Shown: piece after piece, positions 31,193 to 42,249 of the stretch | Numbering within the stretch: position 1 is the stretch's first letter | Layout of the letters: every line of letters starts with the position of its first letter | Source: a bacterium | GTDB taxonomy: Bacteria > UBA8248 | Direction of reading: 5' to 3' | NCBI GenBank assembly: GCA_965225985.1 | Contig: OZ245330.1 | Span: 3,612,983-3,676,982, forward strand | DNA length: 64,000 nt | The notes under the pieces: generated by a model | Database searches by the model: none | The model's input: only the letters and a program-made list of their open reading frames with translations | Told to the model about the DNA's origin: nothing | Position numbers and translations under genes: made by a program

Positions 31193-32077
31193 ATGGATAA
31201 GGACCAAATTGATCCGAGAATCTACGACCTTTACGACGAGTATTGCCATAGCACCATGGAGCGTCGGGAATTCCTCCGTCGCGCTGCGGCGATAACTGTT
31301 GTCGGCAGCGTATCCGCACTGGCGATGGCACAAGCAGTACTTCCGCGTTATGCCCAGGCACAGACGATTTCGTTTACCGACTCACGTATCAAATCGCGGT
31401 ACGAAACCTACGACTCACCCGGAGGCACCTCCGGCAAGATGCGTGGCTATCTCGTCCAGCCTTCAGGAGATGGTCCGTTCCCCGCCGTTCTGGTCGTTCA
31501 TGAGAATCGCGGTTTGAACCCCTACGTCGAGGATGTTGCACGGCGGGCTGCCGTCGAGGGTTTCCTTGCCCTTGCACCCGACGGATTAGCGCCGATCGGC
31601 GGCTATCCCGGCAACGACGATGACGGAAGGACGATGCAGAAGAGCCTCGATGGCAGCAAGCTTCTGACGGATTTGCTTAACAGCGCGAAGTATCTCAAAT
31701 CTCATGCATTGTCGAATGGCAAACTCGGCGCGACGGGCTTTTGCTACGGCGGTGGCGTGATCAACTTTTTGGCCGTCGAAATGGGTGAGGACCTGAACGC
31801 CGGCGCACCATTTTACGGCGCCGCACCCAAGTCGGAAGACGTGTCTAAAATTCGCGCGGCGATGCTCATCCACTATGCCGGGGACGACGCTCGCATCAAC
31901 GGAATGCGGCCCGGGTACGAAGCCGCGCTCAAGGCGAACAACGCGACGTTCGAGATGCATACCTACGCGGGAACGCGGCACGGTTTCCACAACAACTCAA
32001 CCGCCCGTTACAACGAGGCCGCCGCCAAACTTGCTTGGAAGCGTACGATCGCACACTTTAAAAAACATTTATCATAG
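31193..32077 (+). CDS. Dienelactone hydrolase family protein (YghX-like, Tat-like signal)
   Basis: YDLYDEYCH, ERREFL, VHENRGL, GFCYGG, HGFHN. Confidence 0.92.
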   Translation: MDKDQIDPRIYDLYDEYCHSTMERREFLRRAAAITVVGSVSALAMAQAVLPRYAQAQTISFTDSRIKSRYETYDSPGGTSGKMRGYLVQPSGDGPFPAVLVVHENRGLNPYVEDVARRAAVEGFLALAPDGLAPIGGYPGNDDDGRTMQKSLDGSKLLTDLLNSAKYLKSHALSNGKLGATGFCYGGGVINFLAVEMGEDLNAGAPFYGAAPKSEDVSKIRAAMLIHYAGDDARINGMRPGYEAALKANNATFEMHTYAGTRHGFHNNSTARYNEAAAKLAWKRTIAHFKKHLS

Positions 32078-32249
32078 CAGACCGAGAAAATCATCGATTC
32101 GACGACATGACGGCGCTCCCTACGGGCCGCCGTTCACGTTGTGCAATCGGTAAGATTATCGTCGGCGAGGGCGATTAAGCGTTCATCGTCGCACAAAGGC
32201 GTCGGTGGACGTACGGCAGGAGATTGCGCGCCGGCAGGACTTGTGCGAT

Positions 32250-32411
32250 CGGCTGAGGCAGCCGACGACCTCAAGGTGTGCCGCGCCGAGGCCGGCACCG
32301 AAAAGATGCGGACCTTCGCCGCCTTCGACTACGCCGCCCGCTCCTGGAAGCGCGAACGCTGGGTCATCGCCCGTCTGGAGGCGACCACGCGCGGCTTCGA
32401 TGCCCGCTATA
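32250..32411 (+). mobile_element. IS1380 family transposase fragment
   Basis: RTFAAFDYAARSWKRERWVIARLEATTRGFDARY. Confidence 0.7.
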
Positions 32412-32504
32412 GCCCCGTACCCCATTATAACTCTCGACAATCGCCGTGAGATCCAAGCTCTCGCTCACCAGATCACGAACGAAGTGAGCCGAGTGTTCCA
32501 AAGG

Positions 32505-33510
32505 GGCTTTGGTGCATGGACCCGTCGAGGGGTAGTCTGTATGGGTTCGGTTCCGTTTTCGAGGGTTTGGGCATGCCGTACAAGTTCCACGCGTCGCGTC
32601 GCCACCCTATCCCAACAGCCAGGTACCGGGTCACGACCTGGCCGGATTATGACCGCGGTTCGGCGCGGCGATATCCGTTTCTGGATCGACGAAAGCGTTC
32701 TGGAGAAATGGACCGCCCCAAAACGGCGAACTCCTGGTGGCCAGCGGTGGTTTTCAGGGTTGGCGATTTCCACGACACTGATGCTGGGAGCAGTATTCAG
32801 ACTGCCGCTCCGCCAGACGGAAGGCTTTGTGCGCTCCATTGTGGGCTTGATGGGGTGGGATTTGCCGGTGCCGGATCACACCCCGCTGTCCCGGCGGCGA
32901 ACGGTGGATGTCGCTCTGGAAACCGGCACGAACAAGCAGCCGACGGATATCGCGCTGGATTCCGCGGGTCTCAAATTCTTTGGCGTTGGCGAGTCTCGTG
33001 CCAAGCATGGTGAAGCGCGGTGCTCATGGCGCAAGCTGCATATCTCGGTTGACCCGGCCCGCAGCGAGATCCGGGCGCATGAATTGACCGGTGACGACAC
33101 GGCAGATGCAACGATGGCGGGACCGCCGGCCGCCGGTTCCGGCGGGATGATCCGGCGCGTGTTTGCCGGCGGCGCCTATGATGGGGAGCCCGTGACAAAA
33201 GCGATCTGAGAAGCTCAGCCACCGAATTCACCACCTGAAATCATCGTTCCGCCACGCGCCGCATCCATTCCTCCACCGGACACGCCTCATGGCGGATCGG
33301 AACGGGAGCTGCATGCGGCGGAGATCGCGTCAAGAGGCTCAACGGCGGCAAGCTGACCGCTCGCACATTCCAATCCCAACAAAACGAAATCGCCGTTCAG
33401 ATCGGCGCACTCAATCGTTCCATCCGAGCAGCGAAGCCAAACACAATCAGGATCCGCTAGCCAATCGAGGGATAGGCAATCACAACATCTCGACTCAATG
33501 CACCAAAGCC
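32505..33510 (+). mobile_element. IS5 family (IS903-group) element with degenerate transposase
   Basis: 13-bp IRs GGCTTTGGTGCAT/ATGCACCAAAGCC; RRGDIRFW, LPLRQTEGF, DSAGLK, WRKLH; shifts and stops. Confidence 0.88.
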
Positions 33511-33560
33511 GCCGCTACCCTGTGTAGAGCCTCCGCGGGCAGTACAGAGGAGAGTAGGCG

Positions 33561-34052
33561 TTGAATATAGATATGGCGGCAGCCCAAGCCATTGCCCTGC
33601 GTCGGGTTGCGGACGACCTCCAGGACAGTCTCAACCGCATGACACGGAGTGGCTCCCCCAACCCGATCACCGAAAAAGAGCAGGTAGCGAGGGTTTCAGG
33701 TTACTTTTTGTCGACGGTGATTTTGCGCGCCTTGGCGACCGAGCTCATGCTGAAGGTCTTGTGCTTCAAGAAGGCAGGTCGATACAGGAAGGACAGAGAG
33801 GGTCACGATCTGCTGGTCTTGTTTAATGATTTGGACAGCGACACCAGGAAGTTGATAGCGGATCTCGAGAGAAGTCACGGAATCGCGCCGCTGCAGCAAA
33901 TCCTTGAGAAACACCGAGGTGACTTCGTGGATTGGCGATACCTGATGGAGGCAGGTGGAAAGCACGTCGACCTCCTGGATCTGGACAAGGCGTTGATCAT
34001 ACTCATGGCCACATACACACACAAGGACTTTCACCGTCTTTGCGCTTCATAA
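33561..34052 (+). CDS. HEPN-like domain protein
   Basis: ALATELMLK, EGHDLLVLF, FVDWRY; all-helical, about 160 aa. Confidence 0.65.
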   Translation: MNIDMAAAQAIALRRVADDLQDSLNRMTRSGSPNPITEKEQVARVSGYFLSTVILRALATELMLKVLCFKKAGRYRKDREGHDLLVLFNDLDSDTRKLIADLERSHGIAPLQQILEKHRGDFVDWRYLMEAGGKHVDLLDLDKALIILMATYTHKDFHRLCAS

Positions 34053-34065
34053 CATGGAAATATTT

Positions 34066-35091
34066 GGCTAAATTAGCGATTCGTATGGGCATTTGGTAAA
34101 GCGTCTGAAATCGATGGAGGTTTCGCGATGAAGCGACCGGGGTTTCAGGATTGGCTTTCGAAGGTGGATGGACTGAGCGAAGCGCAACGTCGCGAGGCTT
34201 TGGAAGTGTTGTCGGGGCAGCCGGAAGGCGCCGCTTCGTTGGCGGCCGTCGAGCTGGGGGTGGATGAGGATCGCCGCTGCCCGCGTTGCGATACGCCTGG
34301 GGCTGTGTCTCGGGGCAAGGCGCGGGGTCTGCGGCGCTATCAGTGCAAGGGTTGCGGACGCACGTTCAACGCGCTGACCGGCACGCCGTTGTCGGGCTTG
34401 CACCACAAGGAGCGGTGGCTGCCCTTCGGCAAGGCCCTTTCGAGGGGGGAGGCACTGTGGGCCTCGATCGAGCGCTGTGATGTTGCGGTGACCACGGCGT
34501 TTCGCTGGCGCCACCGGTTTCCCAAGGCGGTGGAGACGGCCCCCGATAAGCTCAAAGTGATCGTCGAGGCCGATGAAACCTATGTTTTCAAGAACCGCAA
34601 GGGCGGGCGGACGTAGGATCGCAAGGCGTGCCGACGCGGCGGCAAGGCCGCTAGGCGCGGGCTGTCGCGCGAGCAGGTTCCAGTTCTGGTTGCCGCCGAC
34701 CGTGGCGGCGCGACGCACAGCACGGTTCTACCGGGGGGGTACCGGCGATACCCTGAAAGAGGCCCTCGAGCCGATCGTCGAGAAGGATATCCTGCTGGTC
34801 TCCGATGGCCACCGCGCCTATCCGCCCTGCGCGGCGGCGCTCAGCATCCGCCACGAAGCGCTCAACCTGTCCGCCGGAGAGCGGGTTCGCGACGCCCTTC
34901 ACATCCAGACCGTCAACAGCCGCTACGGCCAGCTAAAGGAATTCCTGCGCCGCTACCGAGGCATCGCGACCAAGTACCTCGACAGCGCTCTGCGATGGTT
35001 CCATCTCATCGGCTTGGTCAGCCAATCCTCCCCAAGAGCCTGTCTCGCAGCCGCCATGAACAGATCATGCATACAATTCACTAATTGAGCC
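34066..35091 (+). mobile_element. IS1595 family element, transposase inactivated
   Basis: Imperfect IRs GGCTAAATTAGCGATTCGTATG / GGCTCAATTAGTGAATTGTATG; CPRC..CKGC zinc finger, VEADETY, HIQTVNS; stop at 34614 and a shift near 34735. Confidence 0.9.
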
Positions 35092-35120
35092 TAGTATTTT
35101 GACGAATTAGGGAGACAAAT

Positions 35121-35226
35121 GTGAACAAAAGGCATGAACGGTTCCTTGTCGAGGAGGCGTCTAAATTACTGGAAACGAAATGGACTATAGGAGACGACAG
35201 GGAGAATCCTGACTTCCTCATCACTG
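35121..35226 (+). pseudogene. 5' remnant of an AT-rich gene, possibly a PD-(D/E)xK nuclease
   Basis: GGAG SD, then VNKRHERFLVEEASKLLETKWTIGDDRENPDFLIT; cut by IS110-like sequence. Confidence 0.35.
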
Positions 35227-35435
35227 ACACACGAGTGCGCGCCAGGACGAAGAGACGAGACGTCTGATGGCCATCCCGGGGATCGGATCGGTCAGCGCGA
35301 TGGCGGTGTGGTCCGTTGGGTGGCCCGGCGGCGCGTGACCTGCCGCATCAGAAGGCCGAACATACGACTGCACCTGACAACAGACCCCGAACCGTTCACA
35401 CAACATGCTTGCATCAACGGGGGCATCCACATATG
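35227..35435 (+). mobile_element. IS110 family remnant (short transposase piece plus right non-coding end)
   Basis: ARQDEETRRLMAIPGIGSVSAMAV; end sequence AGGCCGAACATACGACTGCA..CTTGCA..GGGGGCATCCACAT resembles IS110/IS1111 right ends. Confidence 0.6.
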
Positions 35436-35528
35436 ATGGGTTTCGCCCAACATGTTGCGGCACCTTCCGACGCAACAGTGTCCCGAACGGACAGCGAGAA
35501 ACAACAGACACTTTCCGGAGAACGCACT

Positions 35529-36653
35529 ATGGCCTTTGAACTCCCAGCGCGTGGGCTAGTCTTTTGGCCCGTTGGAAACGGCGACAGCACAACCGTCGTT
35601 GTCGATTCCGAGACCTGTCTACAGGTTGACCTGAACCATCTTGGGAAGTCCGACGACGATGACGATGCCAGTTGGGCCGTTGTCGATGAGCTTGTCGAAC
35701 GGCTGCCCAAGGTCAACGCACTCCCGTATCTGGCCGCATTCGCCCTGACACACCCCGATCAGGACCATTGCCGGGGCTTCGCTGAGCTGTTCGAGGAGGT
35801 CGACATTGGCGAACTGTGGTTCACTCCGAAGATCTTTCGGGAGTACAACAAGGACCTCTGCGACGATGCGGAGGCGTTCAAGAAGGAGGCGGAACGCCGC
35901 GTCAAGAAGACGATCGAGGCCAAGGGCGACCCGGGCGTTGGCAACCGCGTTCATGTCTTCGGCTATTCGGAACTACTGGAAGAGAATGACTTCAAGAATT
36001 TCCCCAAGGATCGGCTGACCGTTCCCGGCAACGAAGTCACCGTGATCGATGAGAAGGACGTGTCCGACGAATTCCGCGCCTTTGTCCACGCCCCGTTCAA
36101 GGACGATGACGCCGGCGATCGCAACGATACGAGCCTCGGCATGCAGATCACGCTCTACGATGGAACCCAAAAGCTTCGCGCCCTACTCCTTGGGGACCTT
36201 TCCTACCCGATCATCAAGCGTATCTTCGAGGTCAGCGAGGCTGACGACCTCGCTTGGAACGTGCTCCTCGCACCGCACCACTGCTCGAAGGCCGCAATGT
36301 ACTGGAAGGACGAGGGCGACGACGCGGAGAAGATCAAGAAGCACATCGTCGACAAAATGGAAGAGACGTCACAAGCTCCGAATCGTGTCGTATCGAGTTC
36401 CAATCCGGTACCGTCATCCAACGAGCCTGGAGACAATCCGCCCCACGCCAAGGCAAAGACGCAGTACGAGACCATCACCGACTCCTTCCTTTGCACGATG
36501 GATCAGGACGACCCGATCGTGGCTGAACTTGACGACCAAAAGATCGTCCTTGCCGGGGCCGCGACAGCTTCCATGTCCGCATCGCAGGCCGCGGGCGAAG
36601 CGCGGGGCTCGAAGGAGCCGCCCAGAAGTGCCCACACTTACGGCCGGGGCTGA
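35529..36653 (+). CDS. ComEC/Rec2-type metallo-beta-lactamase-fold hydrolase
   Basis: FWPVGNGDS, LTHPDQDHCRG, NDTSL, LLLGD, APHHCS; SD GGAGA; intact; tail ends EPPRSAHTYGRG. Confidence 0.9.
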   Translation: MAFELPARGLVFWPVGNGDSTTVVVDSETCLQVDLNHLGKSDDDDDASWAVVDELVERLPKVNALPYLAAFALTHPDQDHCRGFAELFEEVDIGELWFTPKIFREYNKDLCDDAEAFKKEAERRVKKTIEAKGDPGVGNRVHVFGYSELLEENDFKNFPKDRLTVPGNEVTVIDEKDVSDEFRAFVHAPFKDDDAGDRNDTSLGMQITLYDGTQKLRALLLGDLSYPIIKRIFEVSEADDLAWNVLLAPHHCSKAAMYWKDEGDDAEKIKKHIVDKMEETSQAPNRVVSSSNPVPSSNEPGDNPPHAKAKTQYETITDSFLCTMDQDDPIVAELDDQKIVLAGAATASMSASQAAGEARGSKEPPRSAHTYGRG

Positions 36654-39600
36654 TGACTGATGCCTACAAACTCGCCGGGGAGCAGATAAGGGAGATCGCG
36701 GACGCATCCGGCGGCACCGTTCAATTACATGACGAGACAACGCGGCCAAATGGCTACCGCCGATTCGACATAAGCATCCGCTTCGACGGCTTGGAGCGCG
36801 TCGAGGACGGACTTCCCGTGCGAGCTCGCGAGCTGTTCCGCGTCGTTGTCCCACCTACCTTTCCTTTCAACCACCCCTTTGTCGAGACACCGCACGTTCG
36901 CTTCTCTGGCTTCCGTCACGTCCAGTGGCGGCGGCACCCCTGCCTATACGAGAGTCCCACCGATTGGCGCCCAGAGGACGGCATGTACGGCTTTATCAAG
37001 CGACTAGACGCTTGGATACGTGACGCCGCGGTGAATAACCTCGACCCGAACGACGCGCCCCTACACCCGCCAGTTGCGTATCCCACTGTCAACCGCCTGA
37101 TCGTGCCCAGGGCAGATACGCCTTTAGTTGCCGGCTCGCCATGGATTGGAGTGACCGAACTCCGGAAACGGAACAATCGCACCGAGATCATCGGTTAGTA
37201 CAAGCATGGTGAAGAACGCCTGGCTCACTTTGCGCCCGCAATTCTCCTGCACGAGGACCTCCCCTTCGAATACCCCGAGACTGTCAACGCCCTTTTGAAA
37301 GAGCTCGAATCCCACGGCATCGACTATGCCCCGTTCATCCTCCAACTCGCCTCGTACGCACGACACAGTGACGCAGGGACACTGCTCACCGTGGTCCTCG
37401 GGACTCCTATGCGCCGCGTCGTTCCAGGCGGGTGTGACCTTCAGCACCTCGCCGTGTGGGAAATCTCCGCTGACGACGCGGACAAGCTGCGCAAGTTGAA
37501 CATTTCCGCGCAGGTCGGCGACACGGCTCAATGGAACGCAGCGGTGAAGGCGGTCGCCAATTGGTCCGTTTTGGCCAAGGTCGGGTGGTGCATCGTCCGC
37601 GAGATGCGTCCTGAGGTCACCAGGAGGCGAGACCACTCGTCTCCCATGGCGTGGTTTCGCGAAAAGCGTGTGGCCATCTGGGGATGCGGCGCCGTCGGGA
37701 CCCACGTGGCGGAATCCGTCGTGCGGGCCGGTGCCAGAACCGTCGAACTCGTCGACAACAAGACTGTTGTCCCCGGCCTCCTTGTACGGCAAGGTTTCGA
37801 AGACGCCGACATAGGAAAGTTTAAAGCCAACGCACTCGCCGAAAGGCTCAAAAGGATCGAGCCTGACCTTAAGACGGTTGTTTCAACCGACGACCTCATC
37901 CTGCGCATCAAGGGTCCCGACCCGGTTCCGAAAGTGGACTTGGTAATCGACTGCACAGCTTCATCGGCCGTTCGGACGGCACTCGAATACGCGCTCCGGG
38001 GCGTCGACTCACGTCCCGCGATGGCCTCTATGTCCGTCGACAACCAGGCCGCCACGGCTATTGCTGCTCTCTCGTCGCCCAACCACAGCGGTGGGACGCT
38101 CGATCTTGTTCGGCGGCTCAAGCTGGAAGCATGTCGAAGGCCGACACTTTCGAAAGTGCTTGAGGCGTTCTGGCCAAGATCTACGTCAGGTGAGCGCTTT
38201 CAGCCGGAGCCCGGTTGTTCGGAACCGACGTTCATCGGTTCCAACGCGGACCTTGCCGGGCTCTCGGCGCGCATGCTGAATTCCGTCGCTCGCGCTATCG
38301 CGAAGCCCCGCGACTGCCACACGGGGGCGGGTTTGGTTGTTTGAAGAATCGGGACCGGTACATGTCTTCGCATGGCCTCCTGACCACACCCTGAGGGACA
38401 AGGGGCGGGGCTATTCTGTCAGGGTGTGTTCACACGCTGCGCGAGAAATGCGCGGCTGGGCCAGACGCTCCGCGCGTACGGCCGGAACAACGATTGAAAC
38501 CGGCGGTCTCGTCTTCGGCGAATTGAACGAAGCTGCGGGCGTTCTCTGGGTGACGGACGTGGAGGGGCCGCCGCCCGACAGCGACGCGGCTGATGATCAC
38601 TTTACCTGCGGCACGGAAGGCATGGAAGACGCTGCCAAAGAAAAGCACTGCCGGTTCCGCGGATCCGTAGATTGCGTCGGTAGTTGGCACACCCACCCAA
38701 CGTCGACACCACATCCAAGCCGCGTCGACATCGGCGCTGTCGCACAGCTTCTCGCTGACCCTGACTCGACCCGCCGAACTTGCCTTGTCCTGATCCTCTC
38801 GGGCAACCCCGACGACCCATCCCTCGGCGCGTACGCCTTTAGAACAAAACTGTCCGGCGAGAATTTCATCTGCATCCAATGGAGCGCCGCAGCAACAGCG
38901 TGCCTCGGGCGGCAGCCCAAGAAACCGCAGAACGTCGGGCTCGCCCTCTCCGGCGGAGGTTCGCGCGCTATCGCGTTCCACCTCGGATGCCTGCGCGCCT
39001 TGCACGACCTTGATCTCCTCAGCCGTGTTCAGGTGATTTCGAGCGTCTCCGGCGGGTCTGTCATCTCGGCGATGTACGCCTATTCCAGTGGCTCGTTCCG
39101 GGAGTTCGAGGCGCGCGTTGTAGAGCTTCTGCGCCGAGGACTCCACCGCGACATCTTCCGCGAGGTGCTCAGACCGGACTCTATCAGGAAGTTTCTCCAA
39201 AGCCGCGTCGCCACGAGTGCATCCTTTCTCGTCCGCATGCTCCTTCGCTTGGTTCGCGCCGCCGTACGACCGGGCGTGTCTACTCGCCGAAAGCCACCGC
39301 TGGTGCGCACGTTTAGCCGCACGGAGGCGTTCCGTGACGTCATCGCTAAGTCCCTGTTCGGTGACACCATTGTGCGCGATGTCGCCCGACAGTCGCTCCA
39401 TACAGTCATCAATGCCACTGAACTACAGGCCGGCTCGGCATTCCGGTTCGGAAGCAGGCAGAGCGGCTGCTGGCGATTCGGGACGATCCCCCCCGAAGAT
39501 GTTCTCGTTGCCGACGCCGTGGCTGCCTCGGCAGCCTACCCGGTTTTGCTCCCGGCACTTGAGCGCAAGTACCGATTCACCAAGAATGGGCTCACCACAG

Positions 39601-40067
39601 ACCTGACGCGCGTTCTGCTCACCGACGGTGGAGTCTTCGAGAATCTCGGCGTAAGTCCGATGGAGCCCGGCAGGACACCCTCGATCAGCACTAACGTCTT
39701 CGACCCCGACTACATCATCTGCTGCGACGCCGGTGCAGGACTATTCGACGATAACAGCTACCCGACGCGTTGGCCCAGTCGGATGTATAGATCGTTCCTC
39801 ACGGTCTTTCGCAAGGTCCAAGACGCCACACGGTAACAGCTGCACCGCCTCGCGGATGCCGACGAAATCTCGGGTTTCGCGCTGTGCTATCTCGGGCAGC
39901 AGGACAATGCCTTGCCCTGGGTTCCGGCAGGACTCCCTGGACGGGACGAGGTTCGGGATTACCCAACCGACTTCGCCGCCATGTCAACAGAAGGCATCGA
40001 TCGCCTGGCGCTTCGTGGAGAACTCCTGATGAGGTTTCTCGTCGCTTACTACCTCCCAGACCTCTAA
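36653..40067 (+). pseudogene. E2-E1(ThiF)-JAB-patatin fusion, interrupted by two in-frame stops and one frameshift
   Basis: E2 (VPPTFPF..HVQWRRHPCLY), E1 (GCGAVG, VDNK..VRQ, IDCTA, PGCSEPTF), JAB (ETGG, WHTHP..PSRVD), patatin (LSGGGSRA, SVSGGS, DGG); TAG 37196, extra T near 38333, TAA 39834. Confidence 0.85.
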
Positions 40068-40091
40068 CGATCGATACAAGAGTGGCGAAGA

Positions 40092-40243
40092 TCATGAACC
40101 GGAAGCATGCTTCCAGCCTTCGCCCAGAATATCGGTCGCGATGCTGTCGGCGATGCGGGCCGCGGCCTCCTGCACCGAATCCCGCGCCAGATGCGCGTAG
40201 CGCGCCGTGGTCTCGATCTGGCTGTGGCCTAGGAGCTTTCCGC
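40092..40243 (-). pseudogene. Tyrosine integrase C-terminal remnant
   Basis: GKLLGHSQIETTARYAHL; truncated by the adjacent IS. Confidence 0.8.
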
Positions 40244-40246
40244 AAA

Positions 40247-41073
40247 GAGGTTGTTGAAAAAGCCCTGGTTCTGTGATTCCCTGGGTCGATGACTTGTGTT
40301 TGATATCGGGAGGGTACGAGATGTTGGGACGGAAGAGCCGCGACCAGCCGGAGTTGTTCATCACCGGTTCGCTTGAGCAACTGGTGCCCGAGGATCACGT
40401 CCTGGCTCGCGTTGACCGCGTTCTGGACCTTGGCTGGCTGGGTGAGGAAGTCTCGGAGTGCTATTGCGCTGACAACGGCCGGCCGGGCATCGACCCGGAG
40501 GTCGCGGTGCGCTTGATGCTCGCCGGCCTTCTGCTCGCTTTGTGCACGACCGCAGGCTGATGCGGGAAGCGCAGGTGAACATCGCGATCCGCTGGTTCAT
40601 CGGCTGTGGTTTGCACGAGCGGCTGCCCGATCATTCGAGCCTGACCCGGATCCGCCAACGCTGGGGCGAGACACGGTTCCGGGAGATTTTCCAGCGCACG
40701 GTGAGGGCCTGCCTGGATGCGAAGATCGCCACGGCCGAGGTTGTGCACATCGATACCTCGCTGGTCCGGGCCGATGTCAACTGGGCGAGCCTGGTCGAAC
40801 GTCATGTGGATGAGGTGATGACGGAGAACCGCGGCGAGGAGACGGTCGAGGCGGAGAAGAGGCGAGGCCGGCGGCGTGGCAAGTCCGGGAAAGTGAGCCG
40901 CACCGATGCGGATGCGAGCATGGCGACCTCGGCGTACAACCGGCGTCTCGAGCCCTGTTACAAGCAGCACACGGCGGTCGACGACGCGAGAGGTGTGGTG
41001 CTCGACGTTGCGGTGACGCCGGTCGCGCGATCGCGACGGTGACGGCGGATGCCGGTTATGCCTACGCCAGGGT
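40247..41073 (+). mobile_element. IS1182-like transposase, frameshifted and truncated
   Basis: LEQLVPEDHVL, GRPGIDPE, LPDHSSLTRIR, HIDTS, SRTDADA, TADAGY. Confidence 0.85.
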
Positions 41074-42243
41074 TGTGCTCCGCAAAAATTGGATCCTACA
41101 TAAAATGAAGGACTTATAAAGGTCGCTCCGATGGGTCCCGGCGTGGCAAGATCCACGTCATGCAAATAACCAAAGCGATTATTCAGGTAGTCATCGACTT
41201 ATTTTCACTTCTTTCTCTCCTCCTGCGTTCACGGGGCAGATTGGCCGCCGAGAATCTCTTCCTGCGCAAACAGCTTGCTTACTATCAAGAACGGGACATT
41301 CGGCCACGCCGGCTTGATCCGGCAACCCGGCTCACGCTTGTTGGACTCTCCAAATTTTTCAATTGGAAGGATGCGCTGGTGGTCGTCCAGCCAAAGACTT
41401 TGGTTCGCTGGCATCGTGAGGGTTTTCGCCTGTTTTGGCTGGAAGTCGAGGGCTGGCAGGCCATCCATCCCTGAGGAGTTAAGAAGATTGATACGGCAGA
41501 TGGCCCGCGAGAACCCCTTGTGGGGCGAGGAGCGAATTGCGAATGAGTTGCTCCTCAAACTTGGCCTCCGGGTATCTCCCCGAACGGTGCGGAAGCACAT
41601 GGCGAAGAGACCGTCAGGCGGGCCACGTGGCGATCAGCGCTGGTCCACCTTCTTGCGTAACCACGCTGAAGCGGTTCTGGCGTGTGATTTCTTTGTTGCT
41701 GTCACAGTAACATTTCAAGTCTTGTACGTTTTCATCATTCTGAAGCATGGCTCCCGGCGAATTCTGCATTGCAACGCAACGGCTCACCCCACCTCCGGGT
41801 GGACACGGCAACAGCTGCGTGAGGCGATACCCTCCGACCACCAGTACAGATTTCTGATTCATGACCGGGGCAGGGTTTTCTCAGAAGATCTAGATCGTAC
41901 TGCCGAAAACATGGGATTGCGTGTGCTCAAGGCACCGTATCGAAGCTCCCAAGCGAATTCGATCTGTGAGCGGACCATCGGGTCGATGCGGCGAGAATGT
42001 CTGGATCACATGATTCCGCTAACGGAAAATCATCTCCGGCGGGTTCTCGAAGATTGGATTGCTTATTACAACAGAGCGAGACCCCATTCTGCACTCGGGC
42101 CGGGGGTGCCTGGGCCGACAAAGGACACCCCTGTAACCCTACAACACGGACGACATCGAATTGGAGACGGTCGGAAAGTGGTCTCCAGGCCGGTCCTGAA
42201 CGGGCTCCACCATGAATACTTCCTCGTCCCGCGTGCAGCCTGA
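41074..42243 (+). mobile_element. IS with integrase-core (rve) transposase, frameshift near 41440
   Basis: LAAENLFLRKQL, ENPLWGEERI, ACDFF, LIHDRG, ERTIGSMRRECLDH, YYNRARPH, GLHHEY. Confidence 0.88.
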
Positions 42244-42249
42244 CGGTGG

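Noticed and set aside
34058-35099. Target-site duplication for the IS1595 copy
   Set aside because: The flanks AAATATTT and TAGTATTT match only partly, so it is not claimed.
37196-39836. Programmed read-through or alternative genetic code for the internal stops
   Set aside because: The stops differ (TAG, TAA), a frameshift is also needed, and neighbouring genes end normally in these codons; mutation or error is simpler.
35529-40067. Calling the locus type II CBASS
   Set aside because: Cap2-, Cap3- and patatin-like domains are present, but no CD-NTase motif occurs in or near the operon; the first gene is an MBL-fold protein.
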